From contig NMRA01000247.1 in NCBI GenBank assembly GCA_002633005.1, positions 327,873-391,872 on the forward strand: a DNA stretch of 64,000 nucleotides. The letters run 5' to 3'. A model generated the notes under the pieces. The model searched no databases. It was not told the origin of the DNA and saw nothing but the letters and a program-made list of their open reading frames with translations. A program made the position numbers and the translations under genes. Source of the DNA: Phoronis australis (taxonomy: Eukaryota; Animalia; Phoronida). Positions 1 to 12,005 of this stretch are shown piece by piece (within the stretch, counting starts at the first letter, position 1; each line of letters opens with the position of its first letter).

Positions 1-2795
1 TTCGCAACCAAGTACAGGAGGAAAAAACACTTTCAATGTCAAAGGGTCTCCAAAAATTGGCCAATCACTAGTGAACAGTACGCAGCAGCTCACTCTGCAG
101 TGTATTTGAAAGACATTGTATTCACAGTTCAGCTACAGAATTTGTTTTTGTGGATAAAGTTCAAGGGTTTAAGCACCAATAAAGTTAGTGTGTTGGCATA
201 GAACTGATTTGCTTCTTCCTTGCAGAATACATTATATGCTAAAAGCAATTAGACACAATGTAGTTTACACAATCTTAACCACCATTTCCCATCATAACAA
301 AAATACTACTCAATAACCGATTTCTGGTCATGACTGGCAGGTATTATTATTGACAATTTTCATAGCACCGAGCCGTCATGATGGTGAACTGAGCTATGGA
401 CATCCCATGCATTTGCATCCAATTACTTTTGGCATGTACTGTATCCATCAAATTACTTGGTAAACAAGTCACTAAGAACCCTACCTGTTCCTTCAGGGCA
501 ATGGTAGTTCTCTGGACATATTGTGCCAGTCACGCCACCATCATCTGGCTTGTCTGTCGAGGCACCTCCTTTACAGTAGTACCCTGGGGCACACAAACCA
601 TTTGGTGCTGTTAATGCCTGTCTAACCGCATCACAGCTGATACAGTCCGACTCTGCCTGCAATCCAGTGCCATTGGAATATATCCTGTTCTTACATGGAT
701 ACAAGTTGAAGTCTGAAGTACCCTCTGGGCAGTAGTATCCTTCTGGACAGAGGCCGCCACTTGCGTCACTGCCATCTGGAATGATTGTGGATGCATTCCC
801 AGTACAGTAGTGTCCAGCACTGCACCTTTCATCGGGCAATGTCAGTCCGACCTTTGTACATGCCCAACCGGGCTTGCAAATGGCGCAATGAGAGACTGCA
901 TAGCGTCCTTGTTCGTTCAAGTACATACCAATTGGACACGGAGTGGGAATTTCGCTGCCCAGTGGGCAGTAATGACCAGTAGGGCAGATGACAATAACAG
1001 CTGAGCCAGAGACATTACAATAATAGCCCTGGGGACAAATCTCGCATGAGGAGGACCGAGCTGCTTGCTGGAATTGACCACGGGGACATGGCTCTTGTTT
1101 AAATGAACCCTCAGTGCTGTAATGGCCAGGTTGGGTATCATACTGTGTGGCCACTTTTGCTCCACCTGTGCAGTAATAACCAGCAGCACACTTTGCAGTG
1201 GCTCCAGTACCACTGGAACCAGCACAGAAAAAACCTGGTGCACAAGGTATGCAGTCGAAACTAGTCTTGGCACCAGATGAGGGACTGTAGTAGCCTTCGT
1301 CACAGAACTGACCCGTGGCACTCCCTGGTGGGCCATAGAATCCAGCCGGACAGAGCCCTCCCGTGGAGCCATCTGGAGGTGCCGAAGTGTAGGCTTTCTC
1401 ACGACAGTAGAAGCCCGCATCACAGACATCAGTGGGTGCAGTACGTCCAATGCCATCACAGTAGTAGCCTTCAGGGCAGGCAGTGCAGTCTGTGCTACGT
1501 CGTAAGCCTGTAGAATTGCCATAAGTACCCAAAGGACATGACTGGGCCTGGGTGCTGCCACTGACACTGAAGTAACCCCGCGGGCAATCTTTAGGCAGAG
1601 GAAGACCTTCCTCATCGCAGTAACCACCAGACAAACACTCGGTACAATCCTGAAAAGATTCTGTGGCCGACCCGTTTCTGTAAAATCCAATGGGACATGG
1701 GAAGGAATTGTTGGCTCCAGTGCCAAGAGGACAGTAATATCCCGCTGGACATGGACCAGCTGGATCACTTAATCCTTCTATATCACAGTATTCCCCAGCA
1801 ATACACTGCTGGCATTCAGATTCTTGCTTCAAACCATATTCAGCATTAAATGTCCCAATGGGACATGGGACCGGATACGGGTTGACATCCCCACAATAGT
1901 GCCCCTTGCGATACTCGTCATTGATCAAATCAGGTTGGTAATACATTCCGGGGGGACACTCCACACCAGCAGGACAAACTCGCTTGGAAAGCATCAATGT
2001 TTTACTGGTTGTGTTGCTGTTGAGGTAGTAACCCGCTTCACAATTAGAACAAACGGAGGCACCACTGTCCGAGTAGTTGCCCTTCTCACAGGGAACTGGG
2101 TCGATGACAGCATTCATGGGGCAGTAGTAACCAGCAGGGCACGCTGAACAGTAGGTGATGTTCTTGCCGCTGAAGTCAGCACTGTAAGTACCACTGAAAT
2201 AAAGAGTATTGCTTTATTACCACAAGCACTCTTCTGTCATGTGAGCACTTAGTTTGGTCTTGGGCAAGTTTTGTTGTTTTAAAAAACATAAAAAACTAAT
2301 TTTGACTAGAAAAATTACAAAGTAACCTCAATTAATCAATCAAGCTTCAGTTGCCAAAATGAACCTGAGATACATTTTTAATTTGATAATAGTTGCCATA
2401 TTGTTAGAACAGTAAGCACAGACTGGCTTAAGGAACAATACTACTGCACAGGAATCCTGCACACCATTGAGAATTGTCGATATGATCGGATACATTATCC
2501 AGTTGAATGTTTCTAGGATGGATAAGGAAACTTCTATTTCAAATTTGCGTTACGTAACTAACTAAAATTTTTACCATACAGTGCTAGCATTAAAAATGTT
2601 ACCAAGAATTCTCACCAAAGTGCAAGGCATGACATGTAATGCAACATTATTTGATCACAGGGTTTGGTGAGAAAATAGATGCATATTGAGAATAACCAGC
2701 AGGTTGAGAATATGCATCTAACTCATTTTCACTGCATACATAACTATGAGGACAGTGTAAACTACACCACTGTCAAAATTGAAGTTGCCTTGCTT

Positions 2796-4523
2796 CATGC
2801 TATAAACATTCCCACTAAATAAGATTGGTCCTAACCCCGCTTGTCAAGGTAAACAGTGGGGTTTGGAAAATTGAACTAGACCATATTTATCCACCTTGGC
2901 CGAGTCGCGCTCGGCTCACAATCAAAGGGATGCCGCCGCTGCTCTATTCAACAAGTCACCAGTGAGGATAATTGGCTTCGCTCATGCGGATATTATCAGC
3001 TGATTACAATCTACCTAGCAGACTGTACTTTTTATGGAGAGAGCTTTACGTATTTTTTACTGAAATACTTGAAAAGAGGAGCGAAAACAAATATGAGTAC
3101 AACTTTGAATTTTTCAAATCGGCCCAGGATAAGAGATTTTGCAACACAGCAACACTCACCATTACTTTCATTCGGCACGCACGAATACAAAAATATAGGA
3201 CCCAAGTTATTTAGATTTTGGAACACATGCATTGCAATATTCAAAATACGTTTATTATGAATCTTACAAGCTGTAAAACGACGTTGTTTAATTTCATTGT
3301 GCTCATTCATTGTCATCCGTCAAATCAGCAATTTTCGAGATGTGATCTGCGGCGTGCGCAAAACACATGATTGTTATGTTCCTGAAGTACGAAAATTAAG
3401 AAACTTTAGCATGCTATTATTATTGACAGGGACACGATAAAACGAATTTGGATTTTGACTACAGTCTTGACACAGCGAGCTGGCTGACCACTGCGTCAGT
3501 GTCTCCGTTAGACCCAGAAATTGCATACAGCCCGGGTAGTTCACCTCGTCCCCAACATGAAGATCGAGCCTCGGAGTCGGACTGTTAATACTCCACGGTA
3601 GAGCTAACGACCGTCGGCCTGTGCACACAAAATCTGTGAGTTAACCAGCACTCACCTTGCACGTTGCAGCCATTTAAGTGAAAAACAATCAAGTAAACGC
3701 CATTTTCTTGCATAATCCTCCGCCTTTTGTAACAAAAAAGTCTGTCGTCGATGACCCGCACATGCAGGCTCACTCACTTTCATACGCAGACGAACTTCAA
3801 AACAAACGTCACGTGACAACAACATGTGTGTTCATCCAGAAATTTTTTTCGTGTTGTGGGGTACGATGTAGTGCAAATTTGAACTTAATCGCAATTAATC
3901 TGGACTCCACATGAACTTTAAAAATTGTAAAACATAAGAAAGATTTCAGGTAATTTGTTGAGTCGAAACTATATTTTTATTCAAGAGTTCAAGTTTTCCT
4001 ATTGACGATCGCGATTCAGCGACGCATCAGTCGTTAAGTTTTCGCCCTGTGATTAGCACAATTTTTTGAAAAATTATCGTAATTTAACAACGGAAGTTGA
4101 TAGCAATGCACCACAATTTTGTAGAAAGACTGTCATAGGCTACAAGTACGTCACAGAGCGTAAATTTGATGAATCCTAGCTTCCAATTTTACCTGTTTGG
4201 GAAACCGGGTTTCAACTGCCGTAGGCTACAATAAGCGTCCGCTCCCGGTGAAATAAATTTTTCTTAGCCTTTGTTTGAGCCAATACAGTATACAGCTTTC
4301 CAAGAAAGCTAGGTGATGCTATGACATTATTCTTTGTTGCATTAGTCTTGGCTAATTATCATTTTATGGCCTGGTCATCCATTCAGCCAAAAGTAGTTCC
4401 AGAGGTGGCTTATCAGCCATTTATTCACGCATGCTGACTCACAATAGAAGCCTGATAAGAGTGAAGGTGAATAAATGGGGTGTTTCTACAGTTTCTTGTG
4501 GTAGTGGATGTGTTCACGACATG
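2796..4523 (-). mobile_element. Non-autonomous 1.7-kb element bounded by CATG, copy A
   Basis: Reverse complement of 6084-7830 along its whole length. Homology begins and ends exactly at CATG (2796-2799, 4520-4523). No long ORF. Strand label is arbitrary. Confidence 0.85.
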
Positions 4524-6083
4524 CTTAAAATGCTGAAAAACATTTGTCAATGAGAATTATTTGTCTTTTTAAGCCTGAGAAACAAATTTCCTGCCATAGC
4601 ACTAGCAGTTCTGAATATAACACAGGTGGTTGTGAACTCACGGTGGACACTCTGTGGGCAGTACAGAGGCTGCTGGACAGTAGTGACCCTTCCAACATGG
4701 CAGGCACTGCTCCCACTTGTGATTACCTGTGTTGTTACTGAGTGACCCTGCATGACACGGGTTAGAGGTGGCGCTGTGTGCCTGCAATGAAACCATACAG
4801 TGACACCTAGTGGGAATAGCTGCAAGTCTGAATTGTAAACTTACCATATATTTTACTAAAGTCTGCAAACCAAAAATTTGCATATAGGTTCTCAATAAGA
4901 ACACGTAACTCTCACCAATTAATAATCAATGTTGTAATATAATAGGTAAAACAATAATTCACCAACATGCGTACATTGCATTAGCACTCGTCTGTCAACC
5001 CTAAGTATAGACAAATAAAAAAGATCAGTCATGTAAAACCTGGTCCCAGAAATATTTCAACATCGCTAATACCAGAAAGAACAAACCCTGCATCACGAAT
5101 GCCTGTCGAGAACTTTCATAAAGTTAAACACAGTGAATTTATTCACAATGAAGACAAAACCACTGGTGACCCTATTGTTGATGAAAACGTAGTGAAAACA
5201 CAACTATAAAGTAACAAAACGTCATGCACCATTGCCTGTCCCACACATGGAAAATGCAACAGCTGCTCATTTTGTCAAATATAGATTGGGAAACACCACC
5301 ATTGAACTCAAAACATGAGTTGCAGTGCTAATCAACAAATGCAATCCTGACATTATTGTTACGAATAAGAATGAAAGTTCTGTTCAAGCTGGCAATGCAG
5401 TAATTAGATCCTTTCAATAATCGACGCCAATCACGTTCACAGTAAACTCATTTGCAACAAGGACTAACTGATGGGTTTGGTAGCCCTCTGTTGTCAGCGT
5501 CATAGGAACACACCTGCCAAATTTCAAGAAAATCCTGCAAGAGTCTAGGAGATACAGCAGTGAATACCGGACAGTGTTTGCTGGATGCAGGCCTCGGATG
5601 CTCCGACAGAGACAGAATGACTTAAGTATGCGCGGACAGCATAGTGGGTGCATAATAAATACTGTACACTGAATGCATTATTCATGGATAAAGATCATAG
5701 CAAATAACAAAAACACTAATTATACATGCAAAGTAAACAGTACCTTCTGGACGCCAGTGGCCCTTGGCACAGATTCCTGTTGGTTCTGGGCTGCCTTCTA
5801 TACAATACATTGTCCGAGGACACACATAGCATTCTTCCACCATCTTCAAGTTTGGTTCGTCCATGTTCCAGCTGGACAAGGATGTGATGTCTCCGTAGGG
5901 GTCCTCTTTGGAGTAGTGACCCTTGGCACAGGCAATAGGAGGTTGTTGTGTCCCACCTGACCAAACTCATCAAAGTTCAGCTGAGATCAGGTCAGCTTAT
6001 GGTGTGTTGTATTGGAAAATAATCTTAATAATTAAACGATAGACAATAACATTCATCCAGGTGAACAACAAGTTGTGAAAAAT

Positions 6084-7830
6084 CATGTCGTGAACACAGC
6101 CACTACCACAAGAAACTGTAGGAACACCCCATTTATCCACCTTCACTCTTATCAGGCTTCTATTTTGAGTCAGCATGCGTGAATAATTGGCTGATAAGCC
6201 ACCTCTGGAACTACTTTTGGCTGAATGGATGACCAGACCATGAAATGATAATTAGCCAAGACCAGTTACTAATGCAACAAAGAATAATGTCATAGCATCA
6301 CCTAGCCTTGATGGAAAGCTGTATACTGTATTGGCTCTAATAAACGCTTATAAAAATTCATTTCACGGGGAGGGGACGCTTATTGTAGCCTACGGCAGTT
6401 GAAACCCGGTTTCCCAAGCGGGTAAAATCGGAAGCTAGGATTCATTAAATTTACGCTCTGTGACGTACTTGTAGCCTATGACAGTCTTTCTACAAAATTG
6501 TGGTGCATTGCTATCAACTTCCGTTGTTAAATTACGATAATTTTTCAAAAAATTGTGCTCATCACAGGGCGAAAACTTAACGACTGATGCGTCGCTGAAT
6601 CGCAATCGTCAATAGGAAAACTTGAACTCTTGAATAAAAATATAGTTTCGACTCAACAAATTACCTGAAATCTCTCTTATGTTTTACAATTTTTAAAGTT
6701 CATGTGGAGTCCAGATTAATTGCGATTAAGTCCAAATCTGCGCTATATCGTACCCCACAACACGAGAAAAATCTCTGGATGAACACACATGTTGTTGTCA
6801 CGTGATGTTTGTTTTGAAGTTCATCTGCGTAATGAGAGTGAGTGCCGGAGCGTGCGTGTGCGGGTCATCGACGACAGACTTTTTTCTTACAAAAGGCGGA
6901 GGATTATGCAAGAAAATGGCGTTTACTAGATTGTTTTTCATTTAAACGGCTGAAACGTGCAAGGTGAGTGCTGGTTAACTCACAGATTTTGTGTGCACAG
7001 GCCGACAGTCGTTAGCTCTACCGTGGAGTATTTATTAATAGTCCAAGGCTCGATCTACATGTTGGGGACGAGGTGAACTACCCTGGCTGTGTGAAATTTA
7101 TGGGACTAACGGAGACACTGACGCAGTGGTCAGCCACCTCGCTGTATCAATACTATAGTCAAAATCCAAATTCGTTTTATCGTGTCCCTGTCAATAATAA
7201 CGGCATGCTAAAGTTTCTTAATTTTCGTACTTCAGGAACATAACAATCACGTGTTTTGTACACATACGCGCATGCCGCTGATCACATCTCGGAAATTGCC
7301 GATTTGACGGATGACAATGAATAAGCCCAATGAAATTAAACATCGTTTTACAGCTTGTAAGATTTATAATAAACGTATTTTGAATATTACAATGCATGTG
7401 TTCCAAAATCTAAATAACTTGGGTCCTATATTGCTGTATTCGTGCGCGCCGAATGAAAGTAATCGTGAGTGTTGGTGTGTTGCAAAATCTCTTATCCTGG
7501 GCCGATTTGAAAAATTCAAAGTTGTACTCATATTTGTTTTCGCTCCTCTTTTCAAATGTTTCAGTAAAAGCTGCTTAAAACTCTCTCCATAAAAAGTACA
7601 GTCTGCTAGGTAGATTGTAATCAGCTGATCATATCCGCATTAGCGAAGCCAATTATCCTCGGTCGTGACTCGATGAATAGAGCAGCTTGGCGGCATCCCA
7701 TTGATCGTGAGCCGAGCGCGACTCAGCCAAGGTGGATAAATACGGTCTAGTTCAATTTTCCAAATCCCACCGTTTACCTTGACAAGCAGGGTTAGGACCA
7801 ATCTTATTTAGTGGGACTGTTTATAGCATG
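6084..7830 (+). mobile_element. Non-autonomous 1.7-kb element bounded by CATG, copy B (inverted relative to copy A)
   Basis: CATGtcgtgaacacagccac...gtgggactgtttatagCATG; matches copy A with scattered substitutions and small indels. Confidence 0.85.
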
Positions 7831-8310
7831 TACAATCAAAAGTTCACGCGGGACACTTGTTTGAGACACTGGACGTGATAGTAATGGTCAGAGAAAGTTC
7901 TTGGTTTGAGCAAAGTGTCAGAGATCCTATCTGGATTAAAGCCAAGAAACCCTAAGTGAACAAAAACGGAGAGATCAAAGTTAAGTTGTCTGACGCTCCG
8001 GAGCCTCCCAATTGTCTATGGACACCAGCAAAGGGAAACGAAATTTTTGCAGGAACCTGTCAGTCATCAATCCCCAATAGTTTCAGAAGTTTAGGTTTGG
8101 AATTTTTTGTATCTACTCCTAATGTTTTATTGCTGATATTAAGAAACCTCCAAACAACAAGAAACTTTATGATGATCAAAAATGTTCATTTCATTTTTTT
8201 GTTTTTATTGCAGCCGCTTCAACATAATTTACGCAGAAAACAAATAAGCCAACTAATTTCACAACTTTTGACCTGAAATCAACAAGCACAGAAACGTTAA
8301 CGTTTACAAA

Positions 8311-8530
8311 TGAATCACTTAACTCACCTGTTCCTTTACAAGTGAATCACTTAACTCACATGTTCCCTTACAAGTGAATCACTTAACTCACCTGTTCCTT
8401 TACAAGTGAATCACTTAACTCACCTGTTCCTTTACAAGTGAATCACTTAACTCACCTGTTCCTTTACAAGTGAATCACTTAACTCACCTGTTCCTTTACA
8501 AGTGAATCACTTAACTCACCCGTTCCTTTC
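8311..8530. repeat. 32-bp minisatellite (6 copies plus the parent junction) made from an exon/intron boundary
   Basis: Unit tgaatcacttaactcacctgttcctttacaag. The last unit is the real donor junction at 8519/8520. Confidence 0.95.
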
Positions 8531-10520
8531 ACGCAAGCGACTGTCTGACTGGACACTCGTCACACTGTTCCACAGCTGTCAGATTTGTGTGGTCTGTAAA
8601 CCAGCCTGGAGGGCAGGCATATTCATCCTGGTTAGGCAGGTTATTGCCCCCGGGACAACAATACCCAGGGCTGCAGGCTTTGTCTGGTCTGGTCAAACCC
8701 GAGACAGTACATGCCATCCCAGCTAGACATGTTGCACAGTGCGTAGTCTCACTCTTTCCCTCGAGGTTCTCGTTGAACTTTCCAGCAGGGCATGGGACAG
8801 GAGCGTGAACACCAGCTTCACAGTAGTGACCAGCCGGGAAACTCTCACAGTCACTGATACCTGTGATAGGAATTTAAGAACTTAGTAACATAATAACTAC
8901 TTTTGTTGCAAACTACAAATCCTAAAAAAGCTGTTAAAGTACTAGAATGCAGAATCAAGTGAACATCTACAGCAATTGTCAACAAATCAACTATACAACA
9001 GAATTCAAAAAGCCAGAATTCATTACAAACTTGAGGCTGAATTAAATACACAGTAAATAATAACTGAAGTAAGGATGAATATCAACTACGGTAAACAACA
9101 ACAACAGTTCATACAATATCTTGCTTCAGTTCCAACAGAGGTAATTCAATATAAATAATGGGGTGTTTTAAAATTCTTATCAGCAATGTTTCACTCACTG
9201 TCGACTTTCATTTTCTCTGTGTATTTCCCAGCTGGGCAAGGTGTTGGAGATGAGCTGTTGACGGGACAGTTGACAGACCCCTTGGGACACTCCAGTCCAG
9301 CTGCATATGGGTCATCTGTACCTCCAGGACATTGTATGCTGACCAGGGGGGCAAGAGGTACACTCGGTAGATGCAACGGCACCCGGGTAACCCTGATAGT
9401 AAGTACCCCCTGGACACGGGTTCTGCTTGTAGTCTCCAGTGGCTGTAGGGCAGAAGTGTCCGACTGGACATCGTAAGTTTGTCCCTGGATATCCTGGCGT
9501 CCCGTCAGGACAGTAGAATCCTTGTGGACAATCTGTGCAGCTTTCAGCTTCTGATTTTGCACCAGTCATGTTTCCGTATTTTCAGCTGAGCTGGGTGTCT
9601 CCACTTTGCCATCAGTGCAATAATATCCCAGTCTGCATTCTGCTGAAGATGGATTGGCTCTGGTGTTGCCAACAGGACATGAATAGCCAGGGTCACACGC
9701 CGTACACGCCATTGCCGACACATTAGTGTACTCACCAGCAAAACACAGTACTGGTTTTTGGTTCTTCACCTTGCAATATGACCCAATGGGACATGGCAGA
9801 CACGCTAAGTATCCAGCTAAGCTATAGTAGTTGTCAGCACAATCTGATCCTGTCTGGTTGTTCAATGGGCACTCTTTACCAGCTTCACACAGAGTACAAG
9901 AAATGGTCACTGCCTCTGCGTAGTAGCCAGTCTGGCAGGAGATTGGGCGAGAGTAAATATTTGGACATCGGTAACAAGCTGGACACTCGGTGCAGGATGC
10001 TTGTCCACCGACACTAGAGTAGCTGGAGTTGCAGTTGGTCTCTGTGCTTGAGTCTGTGTTTTGGCAGGTTGTGGCCTTGGCTTCAGAGTAGTAGCCAGGC
10101 TGACATGTGATCGTAGTGTTTGTGATAGTGCTTGGGCACCAAGAGCCAGCCGCACACGGTGTACACGCTTCCTGCAAGGCGGCCTATTGAGTAAAAGCCA
10201 TAGAGACAAGGGGCATTCTGAAGACCAGTCTTCACTGGACACTACCAGCCACATGGACACTCAGTACACTCAGATGCACCTTTGTACGAGAAGTGGCCAA
10301 ATGGACATTCTATTTCAGTAGATGAGTTTATGTTTGGGCAGTAGTGACCAGCTGAGCATTCTGTGAAGGAAGCTTTACCTTCTTCAGCGAAAGATCCTGT
10401 AAGTGGGCATTTGAAATGTAATTGACAATGGAAACAGAATGTGAATGGAAATCATCCTCCACTTGAGCCCATTAATGTACAAATCAACATGAGCCAATCA
10501 AAACCAAAATGAGCAACTTT

Positions 10521-11007
10521 CAGGGCTTGGAATGGCAAATGGCGAAAAAGGCGGAAATTTTTACAGCCCGAAACATGCGCGCAGGCAGCCTTGAAAAAGT
10601 CGGTGTGGATCTTTTGCCGACAAAAATCGAGACTAAAAAAAAAAAAACGGTACCACCAGCGTGCGTCTGTCTTAGCTCGTTCGCCACTCCCGCCTCCTAA
10701 CATTTTTGGCTGCAGAGTCGTAGTATTTGTCGCCACGGTTTACAATCACACGAGCCGCATTTGAGGAAATCCACCACGCTATCCCAGATGCCCCGGCAAT
10801 GTTGACAATTTATGTTCCTCCGAAACATAAAGAGCAACTTCCGCTTTTCGAGGTGAAAGTCGTCGGCAACACGGCGGTAAGAAAGAAATTTGCCGCGGAA
10901 ATTTTATGTCAAATCCGATTTTTTTACGCGGAAACATAATAAAATACGCGGACAGAACATTTGAAAAAAGCAGAAATCCGCGTTTCCGCGGAAAATTCCA
11001 AGCCCTG
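10521..11007. mobile_element. hAT-like MITE with 6-bp TSD
   Basis: TIR CAGGGCTTGGAAT...ATTCCAAGCCCTG; flanked by AACTTT on both sides (10515-10520, 11008-11013). Confidence 0.85.
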
Positions 11008-12005
11008 AACTTTTCTCAGAAGACCTGAAAAACATATTTTGCTCAATGATACGACCATATTATAGAGACAATATCAGTATAATAATTATCATTTTACTAG
11101 AAAAAGAGATATATATGTGTTCAGAGTTTTGTTCACTCATGCTAACAATCAATTCTCAACCCATTTTCCTTTACTACAGTTTTACTTGAACATACTCACC
11201 TGGCTGACATGCCACTGCACTTCCTGTGATGGACGAACAAGCAAATCCAGCAGGGCACGTTTACGCACTCTGTCTGACCAATTTGAGAGTACGATCCAGC
11301 TGAGCACTACTGTGGACTGGATGTTTTTGTGGGGCACTCATAACCAGCAGGGCATGTGGTACAGGAAGACGCATTGCCCAGGGCATAAGAACCATTGTTG
11401 CACTCCGTGGCTGGCAGACTGTAATAACGACAAAGAACGCATGAGGAGAAAGCAATATTCAAGTGGATTTGCTCTGGCAATGGGGACATAAATCTGCTCT
11501 TTAATGGAATTTTGATGAGCAAAAAAAAGTAAAATAAATCAATGGCAATCTGAGACATTCTCATGAGAAACCAGTTAAACTCATTTATACTTTATCTCAA
11601 CTGAATTAGTCTTACCTTGAATTTGTACATTCACAGCCAGCCGGACATTCTGTGCATGATGCCTGACCAATGTTTCCAACAGTTGTGGTGCCACTGGGGC
11701 AGGCAACAGGTGCCTGATTGGTGAATGGACACATGTGACCTAGGGGGCATAGTGTACATGAAGTAGCACTGCCCAGACTGTATTGACCAGATGAACATGC
11801 AACAGGGGTGGAAGAGGAATTCTGACAGAAGGACCCAGCTGGACATGTGAGACAGGAAGTGCCACCCAGTAGACAAAAGACAAAAAATTCTGTCAAAGTT
11901 AAGGAACACGAATCAGATTTTTGAAAACTGACAAAAATTTGAGAACAACACCTAGTCTTGTCTGTACTAGGTTTCATTTATCAATTAATCAAGGACTCAC
12001 TGGGT

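Larger units (their letters stand above)
485..11865 (-). pseudogene. Decayed 3' exons of the same cysteine-repeat gene (ancestral gene continues off the left edge)
   Basis: Exon remnants at 11616-11865 (acceptor is GG, not AG), 11200-11418 (TAG at 11307-11309 plus frameshift), 9199-10396 (TAG at 10242-10244 and several frameshifts), 8520-8860 (frameshift), 5744-5956 (two frameshifts), 4642-4781 (frameshift) and 485-2193 (open, but with in-frame deletions and lost Cys such as CISCDAVRQAL, GFYGPPG, GYFSVSG). The CPAGxYC repeats are split across frames in the ORF track. Confidence 0.85.

Noticed and set aside
917-1768. 283-aa overlapping ORF and many other shadow ORFs over the Cys-rich exons
   Set aside because: Alternate-frame or antisense by-products of repetitive coding sequence.
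2972-3316. Short ORFs conserved between the two inverted copies (also 7311-7592)
   Set aside because: They are conserved only because the DNA is duplicated; there are no recognisable protein motifs.
2796-7830. Single foldback / Pack-type transposon that captured gene fragments
   Set aside because: The enclosed exons are collinear with the host gene and retain its splice order, and each arm has its own CATG at both ends, so two insertions is the simpler explanation.
10242-11309. In-frame stops as recoding (selenocysteine or read-through)
   Set aside because: They are TAG at non-Cys positions and are accompanied by frameshifts, which indicates decay.
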